The notes below the pieces were generated by a model. It had not been told where the DNA came from. It did not search any database and saw only the letters and a program-made list of their open reading frames with translations. A DNA stretch of 32,000 nucleotides, from assembly GCF_003044035.1 (NCBI RefSeq), contig NZ_NVQC01000012.1:1-32000 (forward strand). Direction: 5' to 3'. Positions 18,372 to 27,878 of this stretch are shown here, piece by piece (positions within the stretch are counted from its first letter, which is position 1; the number at the start of each line of letters is the position of its first letter). The position numbers were made by a program, and so were the translations under genes. The DNA is from Candidatus Methylomirabilis limnetica. Its GTDB lineage: Bacteria > Methylomirabilota > Methylomirabilia > Methylomirabilales > Methylomirabilaceae.

Positions 18372-20318
18372 CTACACATTGCTTGGTGGCAGGCAGTCTG
18401 GCTCAAGATCGGTTGCCCCGCCCTGCTGGGTGAGCACGAAACCCTGCACGAGGGCGTGTTTGATCTGCGCCACCGTGTAGGGCTTGGTCAGAACCACGTC
18501 CACACCCGATTCCTCAAGCTGGGCCTGCTCCAACACATTGCCCCAGCCGGTGACCAGGATCACGGGAAGCTGGGGACAGCGAACCTTGACCGCCTGGGCG
18601 ACCTCCCACCCTGACATCCCCGGCATCCCAAGGTCAGTCATGACCATGTCGAAGCGCGTTGTCGCGAGGCGCGTGAGGCCCTCCTCGCCGCTCGTCACGG
18701 TGGCCACCGTGTGGCCCAGGACTGGCGGCGTATCGGCCAGTGCTGTCTGGACTGTGATCCGCACCCCTGCTGCCTCTGCCTGGTTCTTCCAGCGGGGTTG
18801 AGTGATCGCGATGACCTGCTCGACGATCTCGCCGAGCGACACCGGTCCGAACGCCTTCGTGTCCCTCGGGCGGGTCGCCCTGCGGATCTTCCGAACCGTC
18901 TCAGCCGCGTCGGCGATGGCCTGCTCTTGCCGCGCGAGGCTCCCCAGGAGGCGAGCGCCTCCCACCACACCCTGCAGGGCAGCCGCCACCGGCCCCCGCT
19001 CGAGGGTGAGCCGCATGAGCTGTGCTTGTCCCAGGATCTTCATCAGCCCATTATTGAGGTCGTGGGCGACCCCAGCCGCCATCTGGCCCATCGCGCGCAA
19101 CCGTTCCGTCTCGACGAGGTGGGCCTGCATCCGCTCCAACTCCTCGACCTTCTCTGCAAGCTGGATCGCGGTCACGCGCTGTGCCTCCTCCGCCTGCTTG
19201 CGCACGGTGATGTCGGTGAAAACCGCGACACTACCAGTATAATCTCCATTTTCGTCGAACATTGGACAGGGCGCAACAATCGTGTTGACCTTCCCGCCAT
19301 CCTTACGACGCCAGACAATCTCATAACTCTTCCGAACACCGGAGCGACGACCCGCCATCTGATCTCGGAGCAGCTTCTGGTTTTCTTCGTCAAAAACAAT
19401 GGAGGTCGATTTGCCGATCAACTCCTCCAATTCGTAACCCAGCATCTTACAAGCCCGTGGGTTCATGAAAGTAATCAAACCGTTCTTATCCTGGACGCCC
19501 AACCCTTCGCTCATGGTGTCCACCAACATGCGGTATTTGGCCTCGCTCTCCCGCAGCGCCTCCTCCGCCTGTTTACGTTCGGTGATATCCATGGAGATGC
19601 CGCCCAGAGCAAGGCTACCGTCCGTCTGGCGAATGGGAAACTTTGATGAGAGATAGGTGTGCTTCTGCCCGCTCTCGATAATCGTTTCTTCCTCCATGTG
19701 CGGGCTCTTGCTGGCCAGAACCGCTTCATCAACCACCCGGATTTTCTCTGCTCCCGGTAGAGGAACAAGTTGCTCGAATGTTTTGCCCAGCCAGCCCTCG
19801 CGGCCGACGCCAAAGAGTTGCTCCAGGGCTTTATTCACAAACGTATGCCGGCCCTGCCCATCCTTCATGTAGGCGAAGCCGGGGAGATGCTCCATGAAGG
19901 CTGCAAAGTTGGTCCTGCTCTCAAGGAGCTCCTCCGCCATCCGCTTGTACTCGGTGATGTCGCTCACTACGAGGTGGCACAAGGGTGACCCATCGTCGTT
20001 TTGAGCGGAGGCGGCCACCAGATGCGCCCAGAATTGCGTACCGTCTATTTTCCGCATCCGCAGATCGTAAACCTGTGGTATGCCAGTTTCAAGGAGTTGT
20101 ACGGCGTGTTGGGAGTAGATATTCTGGTCTTCGGGAAAAATGAACCGGCTGATGGGTTGCTTCACCAAATCGTCCCGGGGTATGCCCATCAGGGCCGCAG
20201 CCGTGAGGTTGGTGGCCAGGACCAGCCCCTGTTCGTTCAGGGAAACATACCCCACCGAGGCCAGATCGTAGAAGTCGAAATAACTCGCCAAGGCGGTCGA
20301 GATATTTTTGTCGCTCAA
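18372..20318 (-). CDS. PAS-domain sensor histidine kinase/response-regulator hybrid with the catalytic ATPase domain missing
   Basis: 648 aa. The TTG start follows GGGGGGAG. It has three PAS-like modules, each ending in D(I/M)TE(Y/R)K or DITVRK, then the H-box MAAGVAHDLNN. About 130 aa later comes the receiver core SGEEGL..FDMVMTDLGMPGMSG..VILVTGWG..TKP. No N, G1 or G2 boxes are visible. Confidence 0.85.
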   Translation of the reverse strand: MSDKNISTALASYFDFYDLASVGYVSLNEQGLVLATNLTAAALMGIPRDDLVKQPISRFIFPEDQNIYSQHAVQLLETGIPQVYDLRMRKIDGTQFWAHLVAASAQNDDGSPLCHLVVSDITEYKRMAEELLESRTNFAAFMEHLPGFAYMKDGQGRHTFVNKALEQLFGVGREGWLGKTFEQLVPLPGAEKIRVVDEAVLASKSPHMEEETIIESGQKHTYLSSKFPIRQTDGSLALGGISMDITERKQAEEALRESEAKYRMLVDTMSEGLGVQDKNGLITFMNPRACKMLGYELEELIGKSTSIVFDEENQKLLRDQMAGRRSGVRKSYEIVWRRKDGGKVNTIVAPCPMFDENGDYTGSVAVFTDITVRKQAEEAQRVTAIQLAEKVEELERMQAHLVETERLRAMGQMAAGVAHDLNNGLMKILGQAQLMRLTLERGPVAAALQGVVGGARLLGSLARQEQAIADAAETVRKIRRATRPRDTKAFGPVSLGEIVEQVIAITQPRWKNQAEAAGVRITVQTALADTPPVLGHTVATVTSGEEGLTRLATTRFDMVMTDLGMPGMSGWEVAQAVKVRCPQLPVILVTGWGNVLEQAQLEESGVDVVLTKPYTVAQIKHALVQGFVLTQQGGATDLEPDCLPPSNV

Positions 20319-20431
20319 GCTAAAACTCCCCCCTCATCCTCACCCAAGGAGCACACAGGGTGATCCCTGGAATAAGGCTCACGGGTATTGCCCCGATCTT
20401 CTAAACAAATTAGGTCCTTCCGGAATTCGCA

Positions 20432-20557
20432 TGGGTAGAGATCGAGTCCCACACAATGCAAAGGGATAGCCGTCTTGAAGTGACTCTTGTGTCGGAATCC
20501 ATAGACAACTGGCTTGATCGTCTGAATCTTCGCGTTGAGCCCCGGTGTGTCATACGT
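20432..20557 (-). pseudogene. transposase C-terminal remnant (ISL3-like)
   Basis: The minus-frame translation is GTYDTPGLNAKIQTIKPVVYGFRHKSHFKTAIPLHCVGLDLYP. It resembles the tN..EGlNnKIK.iKR.AYGFRn...F motif at the C-terminus of ISL3-type transposases. Stops lie upstream and no start is present. Confidence 0.35.
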
Positions 20558-21273
20558 CCCTGTCTACTCCTCAAGGGGGTCAGCATAAATTAAACACGCC
20601 CGAAACGGAGTGTACCTAGCAGATATACCTTTAGCAATAGTCTATTCGGCCTATTTATCTAGAAGCTGTCGCCATGGTCTACGCTCTAATATCCCATCGC
20701 TACAGGCCAGAGGAATACGCACAATGTCCCACTCAACATCAACTTGAGCCACCATCCATGGCCGAGGCCACGCGCCACGGTTATCGCAGGATCACCAGAT
20801 GGCTGCGTGTGAGATTGAGGCATCCGGACATCTCGCCGTGCGATGATGCCACGTACCGTGGAGTGCCCCCCAGAAAGTCAACAGGGCTTATGCCACCCGG
20901 GAGACGTGAGCGCACGGTTCACGCCAGGCGCGAGAAGTGAGAGATGGACCGAGTAGCCGACGTATAGCATGCAGCGTACATGGGCATCACAGGAATAATT
21001 AGCCGTAATGAGGGCGGTACTGGCGGGAGTGACAGCGTAGAGTACACCCACTAATCTGCACCGGCATCTGACCGCCTGGCGGATTTTAGGCGGAACCGGT
21101 GGCAGGTTTGATCGGCATGCGCGCTATTGTGCTACTACGCGCCTACTCGGGAATCAGGGGTGGGAGGATGATGGGGGAAGAGATTGGGGACGGAAGAGAG
21201 GGGAGAACTTCCCTGCGGGACTATCTCTTACTGAACCACACCCGGCTCGAATCGGCGTTGAAGAACTCTATCG

Positions 21274-21615
21274 TCATTGGCGCAGTGCCTTGGCAGGCAG
21301 ACACGGAGGATCAGGATTTGCGGATCGCTGTTTAAATAGCTCACTGATCGTTCCCCTGAGCTTCATGCATTGGCTCGCAGTGTCGTGGAATTGTTGGGCT
21401 AGCTTTGGCGAGCCCGCTTTGGTCACCTGATTCGCACCTTGAGTGGCGGCATCGGCCATCCCCCCAGAGATACAATAACGCTGAGTCAGTACTTGGGTGG
21501 TCATCCCCTTTAGTTCAGCAGATTCCACGTGGCAATTCTCGGCCGCCGCAGAGACTCCTGGCACAAAGGCGAGCAGTACGCCAAACGCGACGCCTGTGCT
21601 TACAACGATTCGCAT
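21274..21615 (-). CDS. small secreted hypothetical protein
   Basis: The internal Met gives MRIVVSTGVAFGVLLAFVPGVSAAAE, a signal-peptide-like sequence with an AxA site. The start choice within the 134-aa ORF is uncertain. Confidence 0.45.
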   Translation of the reverse strand: MRIVVSTGVAFGVLLAFVPGVSAAAENCHVESAELKGMTTQVLTQRYCISGGMADAATQGANQVTKAGSPKLAQQFHDTASQCMKLRGTISELFKQRSANPDPPCLPAKALRQ

Positions 21616-21679
21616 GGCCTTACCCCCTGCCGGATCCGATCCGGCTGCTATCTGGCCCTTAGTAGCCATTTTGTCCATC

Positions 21680-21955
21680 CTACCTCAAGGGCCATCGCGA
21701 ATGAATTCGTTCCAACCGTCGCGCCATAAAATATGCAATCCATAGACACACTACGGTAAAACCAGCACACCCTAAAAAGAAAAGCCAGTGACCGAGCAGA
21801 AAAGCAGGGATCATAATAAGCACGGGGAACACAACAGACAGGATCATGGCGAGTCGCCGAAAGTTTCGCTCCACGCTCGAGCTTAGATTCACGCTCATAG
21901 GTATCATCACCTCCGGATAAAAACTACCTTGACCTCGATCATAAGAAAACCTCAA
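21680..21955 (-). CDS. small membrane hypothetical protein (two predicted TM segments)
   Basis: It has two hydrophobic stretches, LAMILSVVFPVLIMIPAFLLG and LFFLGCAGFTVVCLWIAYF. It is adjacent to and co-oriented with the secreted-protein ORF. Confidence 0.4.
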   Translation of the reverse strand: MRFSYDRGQGSFYPEVMIPMSVNLSSSVERNFRRLAMILSVVFPVLIMIPAFLLGHWLFFLGCAGFTVVCLWIAYFMARRLERIHSRWPLR

Positions 21956-22099
21956 AGGGACCTACGCGAAGGTCAAAGTGGAGGTAGTGAGTGTTTGAAA
22001 AAGGGGGGTAGGCCCCTCTTTACGCCAACGGAGTAGTCACTATTTAGACACCGGAGGCCTGTCCAAATACAGCCAGACTTCGCAACCACCTAGACTTTT

Positions 22100-22175
22100 T
22101 GGTGGCCCCAACGGGGATCGAACCCGTGTTTCGGCCTTGAGAGGGCCACGTCCTAGGCCACTAGACGATGGGGCC
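22100..22175 (-). tRNA. tRNA-Glu (anticodon CUC), CCA encoded
   Basis: The reverse complement GGCCCCATCGTCTAGTGGCCTAGGACGTGGCCCTCTCAAGGCCGAAACACGGGTTCGATCCCCGTTGGGGCCACCA folds as a cloverleaf. It has a 7-bp acceptor stem, a GTCT/GGAC D stem, the anticodon loop CT-CTC-AA, and a GGTTCGATCC T arm. Confidence 0.93.
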
Positions 22176-22370
22176 ATGCGATCAGGCAGGGATCAAAACA
22201 GCGCTTACTATATCGGAATATGGAATCGGCGCGCAATCAAAATCTACGGGACCGCGCCATGGCGCAAGAATGCTGGGAGTACGTCACCGACTGAGGAGGG
22301 GCGTAACGACCTCGTTATCGCTCGGCCTTGGCGAAAAGGCCTTGGTCGTTGGCGGCGCCAGGGCTGAAGG

Positions 22371-24443
22371 TCACAGCCCTTCCTGCCCTCGGATGAAGTA
22401 TTCCTCGATGGCCTCTGGATCGGTCGACGAGGTCTGTTGTCCCGTCCTTCGATTCACCAAAGTCTGGTAGACCCCGTCAGGAGGGAGGAAGGGTTCGACG
22501 GGGCTGTCGCCCAGGCTCTGCCTCATGAAATCTGCCCAGATGGGCGCAGCCACTTTTCCGGCCGTCTCGTGAGAGCCGATCGAGCGACGTTGATCGTAGC
22601 CCAGCCAGATTCCCGCCACAACGCTTGGGGTATACCCGAGGAACCAGAGATCCTCTGCGGCCTGAGTAGTCCCTGTTTTCGCGGCGACGGGGCGCCCAAC
22701 ACGCTTAGCGGCCCTCCCGGTTCCACGTTCGACTACGCCCTCAAGAACCGAGGTCAGGACAAAAGCTACCTCCTCGCGCATGACCTGTTGCGGCTGGGGA
22801 AACTGCTCTTCGAGTACGATCTCGCCAGGACCCACCACGCGGCGGACGGCGAAGGGCGGCGACAAGATCCCCCGATTGGCGAACGCCTGATAGGCCGACA
22901 TCAGCTCCAAGAGGCTTACCTCTGAGACGCCTAAGGCCATCGCATACTCTCGCCTTAGCTCCGAGGTGATCCCAAGCCGATGGGCGAGATCGATGACCGG
23001 ATCGACCCCGATCGCGGCGATCAAGCGGATCGTCGGGACGTTGATCGACTCCTCGAGTGCCCGACGAAGCGTCACCGGACCCCGATATTTGCGGTCCACA
23101 TTCTCCGGAGCCCACGTCTCGCTTCGCTTCCCCGTATTGATCTCAAAGCTGATCGGAGCATCGTCGAAAATAGTCGCTGCCGTCAGCCCTCGCTCAAACG
23201 CTGCCGCATAGACGAGCGGCTTGAAAGCTGAACCGGGTTGCCGTCGTGCCTGAACTGCCCGATTGAACTGGCTCCGGCCGTAGTTTAAGCCGCCTACCAG
23301 CGCCTTAATCTCGCCGGTCCTGGCGTCGAGGGCGATAAGCGCCCCCTCCGGCACCGCGCCTCCACTCTCCTTTTGTCCGTCCTTGCGCTTGACGATCTCC
23401 GCAATACCACGGCTGATCGCCTTGACCGCTGCCCGCTGCATGCCGGCATTCAAGGTGGTGTATATTTTCAGCCCCCCCTGTCGGACGAGGATCGGGCCCA
23501 AGCGCACATCAAGCTGCTGTCGAACATAATCGACGAACCAGGGCGCTATTCCCTTCGATCGAAACATCGGATTAACCGAAATAGGCGTGAGGTCAGCCCG
23601 TCGGGCCTGGGCCTGTTTAAGCACACCCGTTGCCACCATCCGGTCCAACACGTACTTCCGGCGCGCCTTGGCGCGCTTGACATCGATCAGCGGCGAGTAC
23701 CTACCGGGCGCTCGAGGGAGTCCAGCGAGAAGCGCGGCTTCAGGAAGGGTGAGATCGGTAACGCTCTTACTGAAATAGGTCCTGGCGGCGGCTTCGACCC
23801 CATACGCCCCGTGGCCGAAGTAGATGGAATTCAGGTACATCTCCAGGATCTGGTCTTTTGTGTAGGATTGCTCGATCTCCCTGGCAAGCCCTAATTCTTT
23901 CACCTTCCGCCCGATGGTCCGCTCGTGGCTCAAGAACAGGGTCTTGGCGAGTTGCTGCGTGATGGTGCTGCCCCCTTCCTTCACGGAAGCGGACATGAGA
24001 TTTCTTACGGCTGCTCTCGCGATGCCTTTCAGGTCAAGCGCCCCATGCTCATAAAAGCGGGCGTCCTCAGCGGCGATGATAGCCTGTCGCAACTTCAGGG
24101 AAATCCGGGAGAGCGGGACAAAGGCCCGGTATTCCGGAACGATGGGACCCAATACCCTTCCTTCATCATCGTAGAGGATGCTTGGCTCGCCGGGCTGGAA
24201 GATCGGGAGCTGCAACAGGTGAGGCAGATCCTCGACTTGCGCCAAAGGCGCCCCCCATGCGGCCGTGCCGAGAGACATGAGAATGAACAGCGTCGCGGTC
24301 GCTGCCCGCCATCTTGTCCTGCGGTCACGCTCTTGCCGTAAGGAAACTGGTATCACCCCCCTACCAGGCACACCGTGAATTAAAGAAGACATTCGTGGTC
24401 CTGAGAACCCGCCTTTCCGGACTCGTTCACCTTTTCGCTGCAC
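22371..24443 (-). CDS. mrcA: class A penicillin-binding protein (PBP1A-type transglycosylase/transpeptidase)
   Basis: 690 aa. It has the GT51 motif EDARFYEHGALD, RKVKE, and transpeptidase motifs SAFK, SIN and KTGTT. The start is GTG at 24443, with an alternative ATG 17 codons downstream. Confidence 0.92.
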   Translation of the reverse strand: MQRKGERVRKGGFSGPRMSSLIHGVPGRGVIPVSLRQERDRRTRWRAATATLFILMSLGTAAWGAPLAQVEDLPHLLQLPIFQPGEPSILYDDEGRVLGPIVPEYRAFVPLSRISLKLRQAIIAAEDARFYEHGALDLKGIARAAVRNLMSASVKEGGSTITQQLAKTLFLSHERTIGRKVKELGLAREIEQSYTKDQILEMYLNSIYFGHGAYGVEAAARTYFSKSVTDLTLPEAALLAGLPRAPGRYSPLIDVKRAKARRKYVLDRMVATGVLKQAQARRADLTPISVNPMFRSKGIAPWFVDYVRQQLDVRLGPILVRQGGLKIYTTLNAGMQRAAVKAISRGIAEIVKRKDGQKESGGAVPEGALIALDARTGEIKALVGGLNYGRSQFNRAVQARRQPGSAFKPLVYAAAFERGLTAATIFDDAPISFEINTGKRSETWAPENVDRKYRGPVTLRRALEESINVPTIRLIAAIGVDPVIDLAHRLGITSELRREYAMALGVSEVSLLELMSAYQAFANRGILSPPFAVRRVVGPGEIVLEEQFPQPQQVMREEVAFVLTSVLEGVVERGTGRAAKRVGRPVAAKTGTTQAAEDLWFLGYTPSVVAGIWLGYDQRRSIGSHETAGKVAAPIWADFMRQSLGDSPVEPFLPPDGVYQTLVNRRTGQQTSSTDPEAIEEYFIRGQEGL

Positions 24444-24485
24444 ATGGTTATACTCTTAGGCTTTTGTTAATTCTCGTCGCGGGTC

Positions 24486-24710
24486 GATACCCCGCGGCTT
24501 GCCGCGAGTTCGTCATACCGGCGGACCCCGGATCGGAGTCCGGGGCAGGCACCGGTATCAAGCGGGCCCGACTGGATTCCCCCGTATCAAGTACGGGGCA
24601 GGCTCGTCAAGTACGGAATGACGGGCCAGAACAGAAGACGATACCCCGTAGCTTGCTGCGGGGTAGTTCATTTTGTCCAGCCTGCTGATGGCCACGGGGA
24701 TTCCGTGGCC
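24486..24710. repeat. cluster of GC-rich hairpin/palindromic repeat units in a divergent intergenic region
   Basis: There are two ~30-nt related units, gataccccgcggcttgccgcgagttcgtcat (24486-) and gataccccgtagcttgctgcggggtagttcat (24640-). There are nested stems ataccgg...ccggtat around ccccgga/tccgggg. Further stems are ccccgta/tacgggg and ggccacgg/ccgtggcc. The inverted ends cgtcataccg / cggaatgacg lie at ~24511 and ~24614. Confidence 0.55.
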
Positions 24711-24995
24711 CATACTGTTCGCATGGTTGCACGCAGGAAGCCACCTGAATCCATCCATATATCTCCCGCCAAACCTTGCCATACTATATCATGGAATGGC
24801 GATCCCTTGAGGAGATCCATTGGGCGCTATTTGCTCATTGACATAGACCAGTCGTCACGATACACGTGTACGCGAGGCCACATCGGACCGATGCGTGAAC
24901 CCTGCACCACCCAACATGAAACGCCTGCGGCTCTCCTTCGAACAGTCCGGAGCGGGACAGGCCCAACACAAGAGGCGATTTCTCATGGAGCAGAC

Positions 24996-25565
24996 ATGGT
25001 GAAGAAGGCGCATGCGTTAGCAGAACAGGCGTGGAAGACCCTCTCCAGCCGGCCGATCTACCAGAACAGATGGCTCTCCCTCTGCGAAGATCTCGTCGAA
25101 CTCCCTGACGGACGGACTACGATCTACGGTGTGGTGACAAGTGGCGAGTGTGCCGGCATTCTGCCCTTCCTCGACAGCCACACGGTCCTGCTAGTGAAGC
25201 AGTATCGGTACGTTGCGAAGCGGGTCACATGGGAGATGCCGACAGGTGGGGTCCATGAGGGCGAATCGATCGAGGCTGCGGCCCAGCGAGAGCTGAGTGA
25301 AGAGATCGGGTATCAGGCGGGAAGGCTCACCAGGATCAGCACCTATCACACGAGCAAGAGCGTGATGGACGAGACGGCCCACCTCTTCATCGGGGAGGAG
25401 TTGGCCAGCCTGGAGCGGCCTCCGGACGAGACGGAGTTCATCGAGGTCCGCGCCTTCCCCTTCACCGATGCCCTCCAGATGGTCCTACAGGGTGAAATCG
25501 TCGACGGGATGACGATCATCGCCATGCTCCACGCCGCCCGCCTGAGGGGCTCTAGTGTCGACTGA
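24996..25565 (+). CDS. NUDIX hydrolase (ADP-ribose pyrophosphatase-like)
   Basis: 189 aa from the ATG at 24996. The NUDIX box is GGVHEGESIEAAAQRELSEEIGY. The 315-aa track ORF extends back into the hairpin cluster and is rejected. Confidence 0.85.
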   Translation: MVKKAHALAEQAWKTLSSRPIYQNRWLSLCEDLVELPDGRTTIYGVVTSGECAGILPFLDSHTVLLVKQYRYVAKRVTWEMPTGGVHEGESIEAAAQRELSEEIGYQAGRLTRISTYHTSKSVMDETAHLFIGEELASLERPPDETEFIEVRAFPFTDALQMVLQGEIVDGMTIIAMLHAARLRGSSVD

Positions 25566-25803
25566 ACCATATGAGGCTATGTAGCATCTAAGAGGACAGA
25601 GAATATAGACGCAACCTTGAAAGCCGAGTGGTGTCGGGTTACGCTGCGCTAACCCGACCTACGGCTACGGCTAAATGCTGATATAATAGCTGTAGACACA
25701 ACCCAGATAACGGAGCGTTCGCGATGACTCGAAAGATCGCATCCGACACCTACCAAGGTCCGGGTGCCGAGTGCCCTCTATCTCAGAATTGTAGGAGCGT
25801 CTC

Positions 25804-26757
25804 ATGTTTATCAGGCATGCTCCAGACATTGCACCGTCAGAGATTACGGACTATCAGCTCTACCTCAACCGGCGGTCGTTTCTGATCGGAATAGCGGCCT
25901 TGGCGCTGGCCCCGACTAGATCGGCTCTGGCGGCTCCGCCAGCCGGCGAATCTCTCCCTGCCGCCCGCAACGAGCAGTTCACCCTCAAGGATCCCCTGAC
26001 CCCCCTTGAAAGCATCACTTCCTACAATAACTTTTATGAAATGGGTCCGAATAAGGACGATCCGGCACGGCTGGCGCATCTGCTCAAGCCGCGCCCCTGG
26101 ACGGTTCAGATCGATGGCCACGTGGCACGCCCCAGGCGCTACGACGTTGAGGAGCTGATGCGACTGTTCCCGCTGGAAGAGCGGGTATATCGCCTCCGCT
26201 GTGTCGAGGGGTGGTCGATGGTGATCCCATGGATCGGCTACCCGCTCGCTTCTCTCATCAAGCTGGTAGAACCGACGAGCAAGGCCAGGTTCGTAGAGTT
26301 CACCACACTCCACGATCCTGCGCAGTTCCCTGGGCAGCGCAAAAGCCTTTTCAACCTCTCCTCAATCGAGTGGCCATACGTGGAGGGGTTGCGGCTGGAT
26401 GAGGCGCTCCACCCGCTCACGCTGCTCACATTCGGGCTGTACGGTCAGGTGTTGCCCAACCAGGACGGCGCCCCCATTCGCATCGTCGAGCCATGGAAGT
26501 ACGGGTTCAAGAGCGCAAAGTCGATCGTGCGAATCCGCTTCGTGAGTGAGCAACCGAAGACAGCGTGGGAAAAGGCGACTCCAAAGGAATACGGGTTCTA
26601 CTCGAACGTCAACCCTGCCGTTGATCATCCACGCTGGAGCCAGGCGACTGAGAGACGCATCGGAGAGTTTCGACGGCGAAAGACGCTGATGTTCAACGGC
26701 TATGCAGACCAGGTCGCGGCGCTGTATGCCGGAATGGACCTGCAACGGAACTTCTAA
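25804..26757 (+). CDS. msrP: protein-methionine-sulfoxide reductase catalytic subunit (molybdopterin, YedY-type)
   Basis: 317 aa. It has a twin-arginine signal ([16 protein letters not shown]) and YedY-like motifs including RCVEGWS. Confidence 0.9.
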   Translation: MFIRHAPDIAPSEITDYQLYLNRRSFLIGIAALALAPTRSALAAPPAGESLPAARNEQFTLKDPLTPLESITSYNNFYEMGPNKDDPARLAHLLKPRPWTVQIDGHVARPRRYDVEELMRLFPLEERVYRLRCVEGWSMVIPWIGYPLASLIKLVEPTSKARFVEFTTLHDPAQFPGQRKSLFNLSSIEWPYVEGLRLDEALHPLTLLTFGLYGQVLPNQDGAPIRIVEPWKYGFKSAKSIVRIRFVSEQPKTAWEKATPKEYGFYSNVNPAVDHPRWSQATERRIGEFRRRKTLMFNGYADQVAALYAGMDLQRNF

Positions 26758-26761
26758 TCCC

Positions 26762-27433
26762 GTGTCCAGACGAGCTCGCACCAGACTGAAGAGCGCAGTG
26801 TGGGGCGTTGCGCTATTACCCCTACTGCTTCTCCTGTATCGGTTCCTTACCGATCGGCTCGGCCCCAATCCGATCTCGTACGCCACTAACCTGCTCGGCG
26901 ACACCACGCTCCGACTGCTGCTCGCCAGCCTTGCCCTGACGCCCCTTCGTATTCTGTTTGGGATCGCGTGGCAAATGAGCCTGCGGCGTCTGCTGGGATT
27001 GTTCGCGTTCTTCTACGTCTGTCTCCACTTCACCGTCTGGATCGCGGTAGACCACTTCTTCGACTGGGGGCAGCTCGCAGCCGACATCGTCAAGCGGCCC
27101 TACATCACCGTTGGCATGCTCGCCCTGACGCTACTGGTGCCGCTTGCCGGCACTTCCACATCAGGAATGGTGAAGCGTCTGGGGGGCAAGAACTGGCGGC
27201 GACTGCACAGGCTGGTCTACGTCATCGGTCTGCTCGCCGTGCTGCATTACCTGTGGCTGGCCAAGAAGGGCGTGAACGACCCGTATCTCTACGCCGGGGT
27301 GCTGGCCGTCCTGCTGAGCATTCGCCTGTGGGACTTGGCTCGACGCAAAGCTTGGTTGGGCTTTCCGACATGGCGTCGTGGAGGGAATTCTCCGACAAGG
27401 ACCGCCAATGAAATGCGTGGAACGTCTACTTAG
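26762..27433 (+). CDS. msrQ: protein-methionine-sulfoxide reductase haem-binding membrane subunit (YedZ-type)
   Basis: The GTG start lies 5 nt after the msrP stop. It has multiple TM helices with conserved His residues (LHFTVW, LHRLVY, LHYLW). The last ~35 codons are encoded by a repeat also present at 29101. Confidence 0.85.
   Translation: MSRRARTRLKSAVWGVALLPLLLLLYRFLTDRLGPNPISYATNLLGDTTLRLLLASLALTPLRILFGIAWQMSLRRLLGLFAFFYVCLHFTVWIAVDHFFDWGQLAADIVKRPYITVGMLALTLLVPLAGTSTSGMVKRLGGKNWRRLHRLVYVIGLLAVLHYLWLAKKGVNDPYLYAGVLAVLLSIRLWDLARRKAWLGFPTWRRGGNSPTRTANEMRGTST
27324..27413 (+). repeat. ~90-bp dispersed direct repeat, copy A (forms the 3' end of msrQ)
   Basis: gcctgtgggacttggctcgacgcaaagcttggttgggctttccgacatggcgtcgtggagggaattctccgacaaggaccgccaatgaaatg aligns with 29101-29190, with scattered substitutions and no indels seen. 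Confidence 0.8.
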
Positions 27434-27572
27434 GCCCGCTGAAACTCGGCCGGCTCCATGAACGACATATGCGGATCGAGGATGGATATGGTAGGTGAAC
27501 ACGCCACAAGGTGTCACCCTTGTCCCCGGACTGTTTTGTTACCTATCTCCCCGACCGCTCAGGCATCCCAAA

Positions 27573-27878
27573 TCAATGAGCCTCAGCGTAGACCTTGACT
27601 TCTCTCTCAAGACGGTCACCTAGCTCATCCTCCTCGACATCAAGGTCATACTGAGCCTGGAGCCCGATCCAGAACTCAGGTGATGTGACAAAGTAGCGGG
27701 CCAGACGCAGGGCCGTATTGGCCGTCACGCTCCGCTTTCCCAAGGTGATCTCATTGATGCGGCGTGGATCAACTCCAATATCGAGAGCCAGCCGATGCTG
27801 ACTGAGACCCAGCGGCTTTAGGAACTCCTCCTGCAGGACTTCTCCGGGGTGGATAGGTGCCATCTTCTGTTTTGCCAT
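27573..27878 (-). CDS. higA: HigA-type XRE-family HTH antitoxin (101 aa if translated from its own ATG)
   Basis: MAKQKMAPIHPGEVLQEEFLKPLGLSQHRLALDIGVDPRRINEITLGKRSVTANTALRLARYFVTSPEFWIGLQAQYDL is the canonical HigA pattern. A GAGGAG RBS lies upstream of the ATG at comp. 27876-27878. Confidence 0.8.
   Translation of the reverse strand: MAKQKMAPIHPGEVLQEEFLKPLGLSQHRLALDIGVDPRRINEITLGKRSVTANTALRLARYFVTSPEFWIGLQAQYDLDVEEDELGDRLEREVKVYAEAH

Noticed and set aside
18484-20363. Plus-strand ORFs antisense to the sensor kinase (18711-19646 at 311 aa, 18802-19242, 20001-20363)
   Set aside because: These are shadow ORFs opposite a gene with clear PAS, HisKA and REC motifs. They have no recognisable motifs of their own.
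20674-21335. ORFs 20674-20940 and 21099-21335 in the gene-poor stretch
   Set aside because: They have no RBS, motifs or coding-like composition. They are treated as non-coding or eroded DNA.
24618-24995. 126-codon upstream extension of the NUDIX ORF
   Set aside because: It runs through the hairpin-repeat cluster and gives a repeat-derived peptide. The NUDIX homology begins at MVKKAH (24996).
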